Positions 8,412 through 19,981 of a stretch of 39,502 nt of DNA are shown piece by piece; within the stretch, counting starts at the first letter, position 1; the number at the start of each line of letters is the position of its first letter. This DNA is from Candidatus Limnocylindrales bacterium. GTDB lineage: Bacteria > Eisenbacteria > RBG-16-71-46 > SZUA-252. The translations under genes and the position numbers were made by a program. A model generated the notes under the pieces. It was not told the DNA's origin. It did no database searches and saw nothing but the letters and a program-made list of their open reading frames with translations. The stretch is from contig DATGVG010000193.1 of the NCBI GenBank assembly GCA_035300625.1, forward strand, positions 1 to 39,502. The letters are read 5' to 3'.

Positions 8412-9833
8412 ATGATCGAAAAGGCCGCAATCGATCTCTGGGAACGCGCGCTCGGAAGGATCCAGGACAGCACCTCGCCGCAGACGTATGAAACGTGGTT
8501 CCGATCGCTCCGGCCTCTGGAGCTGAACGGTGGCCTGGTGCTGGAAGTGCCCAGTCAGTTCTACGTCGACTGGCTGGAGCAGTACTACCGCGGGCTCATC
8601 GAATCGTCGGTGGCGGACGTGGCGGGCCAGGCCCTGAGCGTGACGTTTCACGTCCGCCAGGATGACGGACCCGAGCCGTTCGCCTGGGGCGGCAAGCCGG
8701 AGAGCGTCGACGGCCTTCGTCCCCCGTACGAAGGGCCCGGGGCGGGCGGCTCGGGGGCGGGTATGTCGGGCGGCCTGGCCGGCTGGAGCGGACGGCTGCC
8801 GGCGCGGGATGAAAGCTCGCTGGTCCCGCACAACACGTTCGACACGTTCGTGGTGGGGAACGGGAACCAGTTCGCCCACGCCGTCTGCCAGGCCGTGGCG
8901 CAAAGCCCCGGCGAGCGCTACAACCCTCTCTTCCTGTATGGGGGCGTGGGTCTGGGGAAGACGCACCTCATGCACGCGGTCGGACACCACGTGCGCGCGC
9001 AGCGCCGCCACGCGAAGATCTTCTTTGTCTCGGCGGAGAAGTTCATGAACGAGATGATCTACTCGATCCAGCACGCCACGACGCTCGAGTTCAAGGCGCG
9101 CTACCGGTCGGCGGATCTCCTCCTGATCGACGACATTCAGTTCCTGGCCGGCAAGGAGTCGACGCAGGAAGAGTTCTTCCACACGTTCAACGCGCTCCAC
9201 GACGCCCACAAGCAGATCGTCCTGACCAGCGACGGGCCGCCCAACTCCATGACCGCCACGCTCGAGGAGCGGCTGGTGTCGCGCTTCACCTGGGGCGTGG
9301 TGGCCGACCTGCAGGCGCCCGACCTGGAAACCCGCGTCGCCATCGTGAAAAAGAAGGCCGAGCTGCAGGGGCGGATAATCCCGAACGAGATCGCGCTCCT
9401 CCTCGCGAGCAACATCAAGTCGAACATCCGCGACCTGGAGGGCTCCCTGGCGCGGCTTCTGGCGTTCGCCGAATTGACGAACAGCCCGCTGACCGTGGAG
9501 TTTGCCCAGGAGGTGTTGCGGGATCAGATCAAGCCCGACCTCGCCCGGTTCGACCTCCACGACATTCAGCGGCTGGTCTCGCGGCACTTCAACGTGACCG
9601 AGGAATCGCTCCGCGGAAAACGCCGCACCGACACGATCGCGTTCCCCAGGCAGATCGGGATGTACATCGCGCGCACCATGACCGACCTCTCCCTCGCCGA
9701 TATCGGGGGAAAATTCGGAGGGCGGGATCACACGACGGTTCTCCACGCGTGTCAGAAGATCGAAAATCTCATGTCCAACGATCCCGAAGTCCGCGGCGTG
9801 GTGGAAGAGCTGATGGCCCAGCTGAGCGCTTGA
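8412..9833 (+). CDS. dnaA: Chromosomal replication initiator protein DnaA
   Basis: Walker A (LFLYGGVGLGKTHLMHA), Walker B (LLLIDDIQFL), and the C-terminal DNA-binding domain (FPRQIGMYIARTMTDLSLADIGGKFGGRDHTTVLHA). ATG 8412 gives the DnaA-typical N-terminus MIEKAAIDLWERAL. The track start, GTG 8379, is an alternative. Confidence 0.95.
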   Translation: MIEKAAIDLWERALGRIQDSTSPQTYETWFRSLRPLELNGGLVLEVPSQFYVDWLEQYYRGLIESSVADVAGQALSVTFHVRQDDGPEPFAWGGKPESVDGLRPPYEGPGAGGSGAGMSGGLAGWSGRLPARDESSLVPHNTFDTFVVGNGNQFAHAVCQAVAQSPGERYNPLFLYGGVGLGKTHLMHAVGHHVRAQRRHAKIFFVSAEKFMNEMIYSIQHATTLEFKARYRSADLLLIDDIQFLAGKESTQEEFFHTFNALHDAHKQIVLTSDGPPNSMTATLEERLVSRFTWGVVADLQAPDLETRVAIVKKKAELQGRIIPNEIALLLASNIKSNIRDLEGSLARLLAFAELTNSPLTVEFAQEVLRDQIKPDLARFDLHDIQRLVSRHFNVTEESLRGKRRTDTIAFPRQIGMYIARTMTDLSLADIGGKFGGRDHTTVLHACQKIENLMSNDPEVRGVVEELMAQLSA

Positions 9834-9849
9834 TTCGGCTGCTTCGACA

Positions 9850-9886
9850 ACGAGCGTCGCCACCCGCGGCGCTCGTTTTATTTCTG
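9850..9886 (+). terminator. Rho-independent terminator downstream of dnaA
   Basis: An 11-bp stem (acgagcgtcgc / gcggcgctcgt, including one G-T pair) with a 5-nt loop at 9850-9876, followed directly by the T-rich tail ttttatttct. Confidence 0.7.
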
Positions 9887-10164
9887 GTGGATGGGGTGTG
9901 GAGAAGTGCCGTGAGGAGTGCCGCGATCGAGAAGCCTGGGGAGCGCTGGGGACAACGGCGCGGTTATCCCCGGGCCGTTCCGGGCTCGACGTGGCCGAGC
10001 TTCCTTGCTCAAGTCGTTGCGGTTCAGCGAATTAAAATGCTCGTCCTCGCGCCTGTCCCCGCCCTCCACCGACCCTACTACTACTGCTTCTATTCACGGA
10101 ACCTAACCAGTCTTAGAGGCCCCAAACACCGTGGAAAACAACGCGCTTAACAGACCCTTTCTTG
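9887..10164. other. oriC: Candidate oriC / DNA-unwinding region in the dnaA-dnaN spacer
   Basis: Non-coding spacer of about 425 bp, visibly less GC-rich than its flanks. DnaA-box-like 9-mers: tgtggagaa at 9897-9905 (1 mismatch), ttatccccg at 9964-9972 (2 mismatches), cgtggaaaa at 10130-10138 (2 mismatches). AT-rich patches include gaattaaaatg near 10029. A triplet-periodic tract ctactactactgcttctattc sits at 10075-10095. Confidence 0.5.
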
Positions 10165-10193
10165 TTGTTCCAACGCCCCTGAAAACCTATAAT
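10165..10193 (+). promoter_or_regulatory. Candidate sigma70-type promoter for dnaN
   Basis: TTGTTC (10165-10170), a 17-nt spacer, then a perfect TATAAT (10188-10193). This is about 65 bp upstream of the dnaN ATG. Confidence 0.55.
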
Positions 10194-10258
10194 TTCGAGC
10201 GAAGGACTAGCCACCCCGACGCGACCGCAACCACCAAAATCTAAAGGGACTTAGACAC

Positions 10259-11419
10259 ATGACAATCGCCCAGGACGTGGCCATGAAATGCTCCATCGCC
10301 CAAACCGAATTGCTGCAGGCTCTGGGGCTCATCTCGAGCGCCGTTCCCAGCCGAACGACCCTTCCGGTTCTTGCGAATATCCTCATGGAAGCGACGGACG
10401 AAGGACTTCAGCTGACGGCCACCGATCTGGATCTCTCCGTGACCACGCGCGCGATGGCGGACGTCAAGGCGGAAGCCGCGCTGACGGTTCCGGCAAAGAG
10501 GCTGCTCGAGCTGGTGCGGAAGCTCCCGAAAGAAGAGCTCCGGCTGGAAGCGAAGGATCTGACGCTGAACGTCGGAAGCAAGACGGGGCGATTCAAATTC
10601 CTCTGCATCCGCCCCGAGGAATTTCCGGCCCGCGTCTCCGTGGCTCCCGATTCCACGCTCACCATCGACGCGCGACAGCTGGAACGGATGATCAAGCGAA
10701 CGATCTACGCGGTCTCCACCGACGAGACGCGCCCCGCATTGAACGGGGCCCTCTTGCAGATCGGCGAAGGAGAGATCCGGCTGGTGGCGACCGACGGCCA
10801 CCGCCTCGCGCGTGCGACGCTGAAGCACCCCGGCGCGGTGAAGGGGGCGCTCAAGGGCGATGTGATCATCCCGCTCAAGGCGCTGACCCATCTGCACCGG
10901 CTGGTCGCGGAGACCGAGGATCCGGTGCACGTGGAGCTGTCGCGGAATCACGCCCGGTTCACGGTGGGGAAGACGTCTCTCACGACCAAGTTGATCGAAG
11001 GGCCGTTTCCGAACTACGAGCAGGTACTTCCCAAGAACAACAATAAGCACCTGAACGTGAAGTGTCAGGAGCTGTCCGCCGCGCTCGACCGCGTTTCCGT
11101 GTTCTCGGACAGCTTGACCCGCCAGGTGAAGTTCGCGATCGCCCGGAACAAGCTGACCCTCATCGTCCAGACTCCCGACCAGGGAGAGGCCACCGAGGAT
11201 CTCGACGTCCGGTACGACGCCGAGGATCTCGAGATCGGATACAACGCGGGCTATCTGCTCGACATCCTGCGAACGATCGACACGGACGAGGTGACCATCC
11301 AGCTCAACACGCCCGTGACGGCGGGGCTGATCCTGCCGGCCGTCCCGGCGGATCCGAAGGGAACTCCGCCCCTGGAAGGGCTCCTCTGCCTCGTCATGCC
11401 CCTCCGGCTGGCGGGCTGA
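10259..11419 (+). CDS. dnaN: DNA polymerase III beta sliding clamp
   Basis: 386-aa ORF with the typical DnaN N-terminus (ELLQALGLISSAVPSRTTLPVLANILMEA) and three-domain length. An SD-like aaaggga lies 9 nt upstream of ATG 10259. ATG 10283 (MKCSI...) is an alternative start. Confidence 0.93.
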   Translation: MTIAQDVAMKCSIAQTELLQALGLISSAVPSRTTLPVLANILMEATDEGLQLTATDLDLSVTTRAMADVKAEAALTVPAKRLLELVRKLPKEELRLEAKDLTLNVGSKTGRFKFLCIRPEEFPARVSVAPDSTLTIDARQLERMIKRTIYAVSTDETRPALNGALLQIGEGEIRLVATDGHRLARATLKHPGAVKGALKGDVIIPLKALTHLHRLVAETEDPVHVELSRNHARFTVGKTSLTTKLIEGPFPNYEQVLPKNNNKHLNVKCQELSAALDRVSVFSDSLTRQVKFAIARNKLTLIVQTPDQGEATEDLDVRYDAEDLEIGYNAGYLLDILRTIDTDEVTIQLNTPVTAGLILPAVPADPKGTPPLEGLLCLVMPLRLAG

Positions 11420-11426
11420 CGGGTTC

Positions 11427-12544
11427 GTGAGGCTTCTCTCGCTCGAGCTCCGGGATTTTCGAAACCACCGCGAGGCGCGCGCCACCCTCGACCAGGGGAG
11501 CGTTCTCCTCCTGGGCCCGAACGGATCGGGAAAGACCAACTGGATCGAGGCTGCCGTGCTCCTCTCCCTCGGCCGTTCGTTCCGGGGAGCGCGGGATCGC
11601 GAGCTGGTCCGAAACGGGGCCGCGGCCTTCGAGGTGCGCGGCGTGGTGGAAGGACGCGGCGGCGTCACGCGAGAGCTCACGGCTCGCGGCTCGCGCGAGG
11701 GGACGCGTGAGATGCGGATCGACGGCGAGGCGCTCGCGCGGCTCACCGACCTCCTCGGACGCTTCCCGACCGTCCACTTCTCGGTGGACGACGTGTCTGT
11801 GTTCGGCGGCGGTGTCCCCGAACGGCGGCGGTTCCTGGATGTGGCTCTCTGCCAGCTCGAGCCGGCTTACGTCGGTTCCTTGCGCGACTACACCTCCGCC
11901 TTGAAGCAGCGGAATCGCCTTCTCGCGCAAGGCAGCGACGGGGATCGTGCCGTGCGGTCCGGCCGTCCCCGGGCCTCGGACGAGGAGCTCTCCGTGTGGG
12001 AAACGATCCTCGCCCGCGCCGGCGCCGAGCTGGATCGGCGTCGCGAGGGACTGGCCCGCGATCTGCATACCGTGATGCGCGACCTGGCGGCGCGCGTGGA
12101 TCCCGCGCTCGCCCCGCTCCTCGAGTACGTGTGCGTCGGGGGCGGAAGCGTCGAGGAGCGCTTGGCGCGGCTTTCAGCCTCGCGCGGGAGGGATCTCCGG
12201 CTGGGTTGGACGGGCGACGGTCCCCACCGCGCGCGCCTGATCTGCAAGGTCGGCGGCATGGAGCTGGCCGAGGGCGCCTCGCGCGGCTACTCGCGCCTGT
12301 ATTCGATCCTCCTCAGGCTCGCGCTCGCCCGCGTGCTGGAGGAGCGGCTGGACGAGGCTCCGGTCGTCCTTCTCGATGATCCCGAATCGGAGCTGGACGC
12401 GCGCTGGATCGGTGCGCTCCTCGCGCTGTTGCCCGAGTCGAGCCAGCTGATCGTGACCGCCTGCCGCGCGCTCTCCAACGCGCCCACGCGCATGACGGCG
12501 CTCCCGATCGAGTCGCTCGCGGCGTGCACCGAGGTCGGAGCGGC

Positions 12545-12548
<4 letters not shown>
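11427..12548 (+). CDS. recF: DNA replication and repair protein RecF
   Basis: 373-aa ORF with a GTG start and a canonical RecF N-terminus including Walker A (LSLELRDFRNHREA...LLGPNGSGKTNWIEA). A Walker B-like LLDDPESELD is near the C-terminus. Position in the dnaA-dnaN-recF order is canonical. Confidence 0.9.
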
Positions 12549-14951
<2,403 letters not shown>

Positions 14952-14999
14952 TCCGCTTCTAGCTTCTCGCGGTTAATCCGGGGAGGGAGAGAACGCCGC

Positions 15000-17450
15000 A
15001 TGGCCACGCGTGAGAAGGTCGTTCCGATCTACGTCGAAGACGAGATGCGGAATTCCTACATCGATTACTCGATGTCGGTCATCGTGTCGCGCGCGCTACC
15101 CGACGTGCGGGACGGGCTGAAGCCCGTTCACCGCCGCGTCCTGGTCGCGATGCGCGAGCTGAACCTTCTCCACGACCGCCCCTTCCGGAAGTCCGCCAAG
15201 ATCACCGGCGACGTGACCGGCAACTACCACCCGCACGGCACCGCGGCCGTCTACGAAACGATGGTCCGCCTGGCCCAGCCGTTCTCGATGCGCTACCCGC
15301 TGGTGGACGGGCAGGGGAACTTCGGATCGGTCGATGGCGACGCTCCCGCGGCCGAGCGGTACACCGAGGCACGCCTGACCGAGTTCGCGGAGGAGATGCT
15401 CCGCGACATCGAGAAGGACACGGTCAACATGCGGCCGAACTACGACGAGTCCCGCGAGGAGCCCGTCGTTCTCCCGGCCGCGGTCCCCAATCTGCTGGTG
15501 AACGGATCGTCGGGAATCGCGGTGGGGATGGCCACGAACGTGCCGCCGCACAACCTCCGCGAGATCGTCGACGCGATCCACTACGTGATCGAGAACCCCG
15601 ACTGCGCGGTTGAAGATCTCTTGAAGATCGTCCAGGGCCCCGACTTCCCGACCGCCGGCATCATCTACGGGCGACAGGGAATCATCGACTGCTACACCAC
15701 CGGCCGCGGACATATCACCGTGCGCTCGGCGGCCACGGTCGAGGAGCTGAAGAAGGACCGGAGCGCGATCATCGTCACCGAGATCCCGTACATGGTGAGC
15801 AAGTCCGCGCTCCTGGAAAAGATCGCGGACCTGGTCAAGGACGGCACCCTGGACGGCATCTCCGACCTGCGCGACGAGTCCGATCGCGAGGGAATGCGCG
15901 TCGTGATCGAGCTGAAGCGCGACGCCCAGCCCCGCGTGATCCTGAACCAGCTGTACAAGCACACCCAGATGCAGACCACCTTCGGCGCCAACATGCTCGC
16001 GCTGGTCGGGAACCGGCCCCAGACCTTGACGCTGAAGGAGATGATCGGGCATTACATCGCGCACCGGCAGGAGATCGTGGTGCGGCGCACGCGCTTCGAC
16101 CTGAACGAGGCGGAGCAGCGGGCGCACATCCTGGAAGGCTTCAAGATCGCGCTCGACCATATCGACGAGATCGTGGCGCTGATCAAGGCATCGGCCAACG
16201 TCGACGCGGCGCGCCAGGGGCTGATCGCCACCTTCGGCCTGAGCGAGATCCAGGCGAACGCCATCCTCGAGATGCGCCTCTCCCGCCTCACGGGCCTGGA
16301 GCGGAAGAAGATCGAGGACGAATACCTGGAGGTCATCCAGCTCATCGAGCGCCTGCGCGCCATCCTGGACAGTCCGGCCCAGGTCCTCGAGATCATCCGC
16401 GACGAGCTGGGGCAGGTCCGGGAGAAGTTCGGGGACGACCGCCGCACGCGCATCGAACCCGCGACGGGCGAATTCGAGGTGGAGGACCTGATCGCCGAAG
16501 AGGACATGGTGATCACGATCAGCCACGCCGGCTACATCAAGCGTCTCCCCGTGACGACCTATCGCAGCCAGCGCCGCGGCGGCCGCGGCGTCACCGGCGC
16601 GGGCACCCGGGAAGAGGACTTCATCGAGCACCTCTTCATCGCCTCGACGCACAGCTACATCCTGGTCTTCACCGACAAGGGCCGCGTGTACTGGCTCAAG
16701 GTGCACGAGATCCCGCAGGCGGGCCGGACCGCGAAGGGGAAGGCGGTCGTCAACCTGGTCGAGATGTCGCAGCAGGAGCGCATCGCCTCGGTGCTGCCGG
16801 TGAAGCAGTTCGACGACAAGCACTTCATCCTCATGACCACCGCGCGGGGCACGGTCAAGAAGACGCCCCTCTCGGCCTACTCCAACCCGCGCCGCGGCGG
16901 CATCGTGGCGATCGGGGTCGACGGGGAGGATACGCTGATCGACGCCGTCCTCACCGACGGCACGCAGGAGATCATCCTCTCGAAGAAGGACGGCAAGGCG
17001 ATCCGCTTCAAGGAGACCGACGTCCGCCCGATGGGCCGCACGGCGTACGGCGTGCGCGGCGTCACGATCGAAGGAGACGACGCCGTCATCGGCGTGCTGG
17101 CCGTGCGCCGCGAGGCCTCGATCCTGGTCGCGACCGAGAACGGATACGGCAAGCGCACCCCCATCAGCGAGTACCGGATCACCGGACGCGGCGGGAAGGG
17201 GATCATCTCCATCCAGGCCAACGAGCGGAACGGGCGCGTGGTCGCCGCGATCGAAGTGGTGGCCGACGACGAGGTGATGCTCATCACGCGCGGCGGGATG
17301 GTCATCCGCATGCCCGTCAAGGGGATCTCCGAGATCGGGCGGAACACGCAAGGCGTGCGGCTCGTGAATCTCGAGCCCGGCGACCAGCTCATCGACGTCG
17401 CCAAGGTGGAGGAGGCGGTAGAAGAAGCGGAAGTAGGCGAGGAGGCGTAG
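15000..17450 (+). CDS. gyrA: DNA gyrase subunit A
   Basis: 816-aa ORF with the canonical N-terminus ([29 protein letters not shown]) including the [10 protein letters not shown] region, and a C-terminal beta-pinwheel repeat region. SD ggggaggga lies upstream of the ATG. Confidence 0.97.
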   Translation: MATREKVVPIYVEDEMRNSYIDYSMSVIVSRALPDVRDGLKPVHRRVLVAMRELNLLHDRPFRKSAKITGDVTGNYHPHGTAAVYETMVRLAQPFSMRYPLVDGQGNFGSVDGDAPAAERYTEARLTEFAEEMLRDIEKDTVNMRPNYDESREEPVVLPAAVPNLLVNGSSGIAVGMATNVPPHNLREIVDAIHYVIENPDCAVEDLLKIVQGPDFPTAGIIYGRQGIIDCYTTGRGHITVRSAATVEELKKDRSAIIVTEIPYMVSKSALLEKIADLVKDGTLDGISDLRDESDREGMRVVIELKRDAQPRVILNQLYKHTQMQTTFGANMLALVGNRPQTLTLKEMIGHYIAHRQEIVVRRTRFDLNEAEQRAHILEGFKIALDHIDEIVALIKASANVDAARQGLIATFGLSEIQANAILEMRLSRLTGLERKKIEDEYLEVIQLIERLRAILDSPAQVLEIIRDELGQVREKFGDDRRTRIEPATGEFEVEDLIAEEDMVITISHAGYIKRLPVTTYRSQRRGGRGVTGAGTREEDFIEHLFIASTHSYILVFTDKGRVYWLKVHEIPQAGRTAKGKAVVNLVEMSQQERIASVLPVKQFDDKHFILMTTARGTVKKTPLSAYSNPRRGGIVAIGVDGEDTLIDAVLTDGTQEIILSKKDGKAIRFKETDVRPMGRTAYGVRGVTIEGDDAVIGVLAVRREASILVATENGYGKRTPISEYRITGRGGKGIISIQANERNGRVVAAIEVVADDEVMLITRGGMVIRMPVKGISEIGRNTQGVRLVNLEPGDQLIDVAKVEEAVEEAEVGEEA

Positions 17451-18104
17451 CTGGAGCCACGCATCCCGACGTCGACCGTCCGGCGTCTCTCCGCGTACTA
17501 CCGAGTCCTCGAAGACCTGGAGGGCGAGGGCCACCGCACCGTGTCCTCCCAGGGCCTCGCGCACGAAAGCGGCGTGACCTCCGCCCAGGTGCGCAAGGAC
17601 CTCTCCTACTTCGGCAATTTCGGAAAGCGCGGCCTGGGCTACCGGGTCGCGCGGCTGAAGAAGGAAATCCGCCTGATCCTGGGGCTGAACCGCCGGTGGC
17701 GGGTCGCCCTGATCGGCGCGGGGAACATGGGCTCGGCCCTCTTCTCTTACAAGGAATTCCACCGCCAGGGCTTCGACTTCGCCGGTGTCTTCGACGTGAG
17801 CCTGGATCGGGTCGGGCTTCAGTGGCGCGACCTGACCGTCCGCCACATCGACGACCTGGAGGCTGACGCCTCGCGGTTGGGGATGGAGATCGGCGTCATC
17901 GCCGTTCCGGCGCGCGCCGCGCAGAGCGTCGCCGATCGGCTGGTCGCGGCGGGAATGCGCGGGATCCTGAACTTCGCGCACCGCCGCATCCAGGTTCCCG
18001 CTACTGTCGCGCTCCGCACGGTCAACCTCTCCATCGAGCTGGAGAGCCTCGCTTTCGAGATCAAGGCGCTGAACCCCCGAGGGACCCGGTCCCGCCGGCG
18101 ATGA
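17451..18104 (+). CDS. rex: Redox-sensing transcriptional repressor Rex (proposed CTG start)
   Basis: The track ORF (17541-18104) has the Rex core VRKDLSYFGNFGKRGLGYRV and the Rossmann motif ALIGAGNMGSAL. The conserved N-terminal winged-helix segment LEPRIPTSTVRRLSAYYRVLEDLEGEGHRTVSS is encoded in frame upstream (17451-17540), where there is no ATG, GTG or TTG. GAGGAGG at 17439-17445 lies 5 nt before CTG 17451. Confidence 0.8.
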   Translation: MEPRIPTSTVRRLSAYYRVLEDLEGEGHRTVSSQGLAHESGVTSAQVRKDLSYFGNFGKRGLGYRVARLKKEIRLILGLNRRWRVALIGAGNMGSALFSYKEFHRQGFDFAGVFDVSLDRVGLQWRDLTVRHIDDLEADASRLGMEIGVIAVPARAAQSVADRLVAAGMRGILNFAHRRIQVPATVALRTVNLSIELESLAFEIKALNPRGTRSRRR

Positions 18105-19015
18105 GCCGCGCCGATGTAGCGCTGCTCCTGATCTGCGCCGTCTGGGGGACCACGTTCGCGCTGTTGCGCGACGCGCTGCGGACGCTCCACCCCTTCGAGC
18201 TGATGGCTCTCCGTTTCACCATCGCGTCGGTAATCTTGATGGCGGTCTACTGGCGCCGCCTGTGGCCGGTCCGCCGCCGGTGGCTCCTCGACGGTCTCTG
18301 GCTGGGCGTCTGGCTCACAGCCGGGTACCTGACGCAGATGATCGGGCTCCAGACCGTCTCGGCCTCGCGCTCCGCCTTCATCACCTCGATGACGATCGCG
18401 ATCGTTCCGTTCATCGCCTATTTCATCCTTCGCACGCGCCCGGTGCTGGGGGAGGCGCTCGGGGTGCTCTTGGCGGCGGCGGGCCTGGCCATGCTCTCGG
18501 CCGACGCGGGCTTTGCGCTAACTCCGGGCGAGCTGTGGAACCTGGGCTGCGCCGCGGCCTTCGCGGTCCACATCGTCCTCACCAACTCCCTCGCCAAGCG
18601 GAGCCCAGCGATCCCCCTGGCGGTGCTTCAAGTCTCGGTTCCCGCGGCGGCGGGGTGGGCGCTGGTCGCGGCGCGCGGCGGGCTCTCCGTGGCGCCGCGC
18701 GAGATCCCTTGGGGCGTGCTGATCTATCTCGGAGTCCTGGCCACGGCGTTCATCATCGTGCTCCAGACGTGGGCGCTCGCGCGCACGTCGTCCGTGAAGG
18801 CGGGCGTTCTCTACGCGACGGAGCCGGTTTTCGCCGCGGTCTTCGCCGCGTCCTTCTTCGGGGAGCGCATGACGCATCGAGAGCTGGCCGGCGCCGCGCT
18901 CATCCTGGCAGGGGTGATCGTGAGCGAGCTGTGGCGGCCGGCCCGGGCGAAATGGGCGGAGCGCCGGCGCGTCAGGGCGGCGCGGGGCCTCCGGGGAGGG
19001 AGCGGGCCAGGATGA
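18101..19015 (+). CDS. EamA/DMT-family transporter
   Basis: 304-aa polytopic membrane ORF with about 10 hydrophobic segments and two EamA-like halves. Its ATG overlaps the rex TGA as ATGA. Confidence 0.8.
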   Translation: MSRADVALLLICAVWGTTFALLRDALRTLHPFELMALRFTIASVILMAVYWRRLWPVRRRWLLDGLWLGVWLTAGYLTQMIGLQTVSASRSAFITSMTIAIVPFIAYFILRTRPVLGEALGVLLAAAGLAMLSADAGFALTPGELWNLGCAAAFAVHIVLTNSLAKRSPAIPLAVLQVSVPAAAGWALVAARGGLSVAPREIPWGVLIYLGVLATAFIIVLQTWALARTSSVKAGVLYATEPVFAAVFAASFFGERMTHRELAGAALILAGVIVSELWRPARAKWAERRRVRAARGLRGGSGPG

Positions 19016-19844
19016 GAAAAGCGTTCTCGGCCGCTCGCGCGACGGAAGGCGGGTCGGGATAGCCGAAGTCGGCCGGCGAATCGCCCGGGCCGGGAATCGG
19101 ATAGGTCATACCCGGACGGAATGTCTGGCTGGGACCCCGCGGCGGGCGCGGCGGCGGGAGCGAGTCGGGATTCAGCGTGTCGGCTGGAGGCGGCCTCAAG
19201 TTCGGAGCATCGTCCGACGCGCCGATGAACTTGGCGCTGTAGACGACTGCGCCCGTGCCCAGGTCGTAGACGGTGGCCGAAACATGGGCGTCGCGTCCGG
19301 TGATTCGCACGTCCTGCTCCGCTTCGCCGGTCGCCGCGCTCGTCGGCACCGTCCGGGTGCCGTAGCGGATCGAAGTCCCCTCGACGCGGGCGAGAACTCC
19401 GTAGCGGGCGAAGGGGCGGACCGCCTGGGCGGCGCGCGCGAGCCAGAGGGAGTCGGGGTCGCCGCGCATCTGGTAGCCGAGCAGGAAGAGGCGGACGACC
19501 GAATCGCCCATGGCGGCCTGCGCCCGATCCGCCCGGACCAGCGGGACCTCCTTTCGCGCCGACGCGAACACGCGCTCCAGGGCGGCGACCAGCGGAGGGC
19601 GCGCCTGAGCCACCTCGTCCACCTGCACCACGCCCAGCACCGCGAGGCCCCCCTTCCGGAGCGACTCCGCGGTGAAGCCAGGATCCTCGCGCACGAGCTT
19701 CGACTCGGTGGCGCAGCCCGACGCGACCGCCGCCACCACCGCCGCCACCACCGCCGCGGCCAGAACAAGCGCCTTGCCCGCCCCTAGAGCGGGGCAGAGT
19801 CGCGCGGTGAATCGCGTGCTCTGGATCGGTCTGTTCGGATTCAT
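18972..19844 (-). CDS. Hypothetical lipoprotein with a Pro-rich C-terminal region
   Basis: 290-aa ORF with a basic n-region, a hydrophobic stretch and a lipobox-like AVASGC. No recognisable catalytic motif. Its 3-prime end overlaps the convergent eamA gene by 44 bp. Confidence 0.6.
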   Translation of the reverse strand: MNPNRPIQSTRFTARLCPALGAGKALVLAAAVVAAVVAAVASGCATESKLVREDPGFTAESLRKGGLAVLGVVQVDEVAQARPPLVAALERVFASARKEVPLVRADRAQAAMGDSVVRLFLLGYQMRGDPDSLWLARAAQAVRPFARYGVLARVEGTSIRYGTRTVPTSAATGEAEQDVRITGRDAHVSATVYDLGTGAVVYSAKFIGASDDAPNLRPPPADTLNPDSLPPPRPPRGPSQTFRPGMTYPIPGPGDSPADFGYPDPPSVARAAENAFLILARSLPGGPAPP

Positions 19845-19950
19845 GGGAACGGTCGCGCGCTATTGGCTCCAGGGGGCCGTGCAGCGGGTCACGGGAACGA
19901 CGTTCCCATACGGAACCCTGGCGGTCAACGTGATCGGCTCGTTCCTGCTC
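19807..19950 (+). pseudogene. crcB: Truncated crcB/fluC (fluoride channel) remnant, N-terminal ~48 codons only
   Basis: The translation VNRVLWIGLFGFMGTVARYWLQGAVQRVTGTTFPYGTLAVNVIGSFLL matches the CrcB TM1-TM2 signature (G..G..aRY ... FP.GTL.VN..GsF.LG). After 19950 the frame becomes Pro/Arg-rich non-membrane sequence antisense to the aminotransferase gene. About 80 expected C-terminal codons are missing. Confidence 0.6.
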
Positions 19951-19981
19951 CGCCGGAGCGCGCCCCGCATCTCCCCGCCTC

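Noticed and set aside
8211-9863. 550-aa minus-strand ORF antisense to dnaA
   Set aside because: It is a shadow ORF opposite a very well supported gene, with a compositionally odd translation and no motifs. The same reasoning applies to 12900-14741(-) opposite gyrB, 15096-17981(-) opposite gyrA, 26165-28855(+) opposite the M16 gene, 33526-36051(-) opposite lon, 10241-11746(-) opposite dnaN and 6000-7385(+) opposite yidC.
17448-17450. TAG at the gyrA/rex junction as a reassigned or pyrrolysine codon
   Set aside because: TAG also ends lon (36676-36678) and the M23 gene (21384-21386) at positions consistent with normal protein ends. No pyl-type genes are seen in the window. A low level of readthrough cannot be excluded from sequence alone.
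17541-18104. Rex starting at the track start, GTG 17541
   Set aside because: It would remove about 30 conserved residues of the winged-helix DNA-binding domain. Those residues are plainly encoded in frame upstream, and a strong SD precedes CTG 17451.
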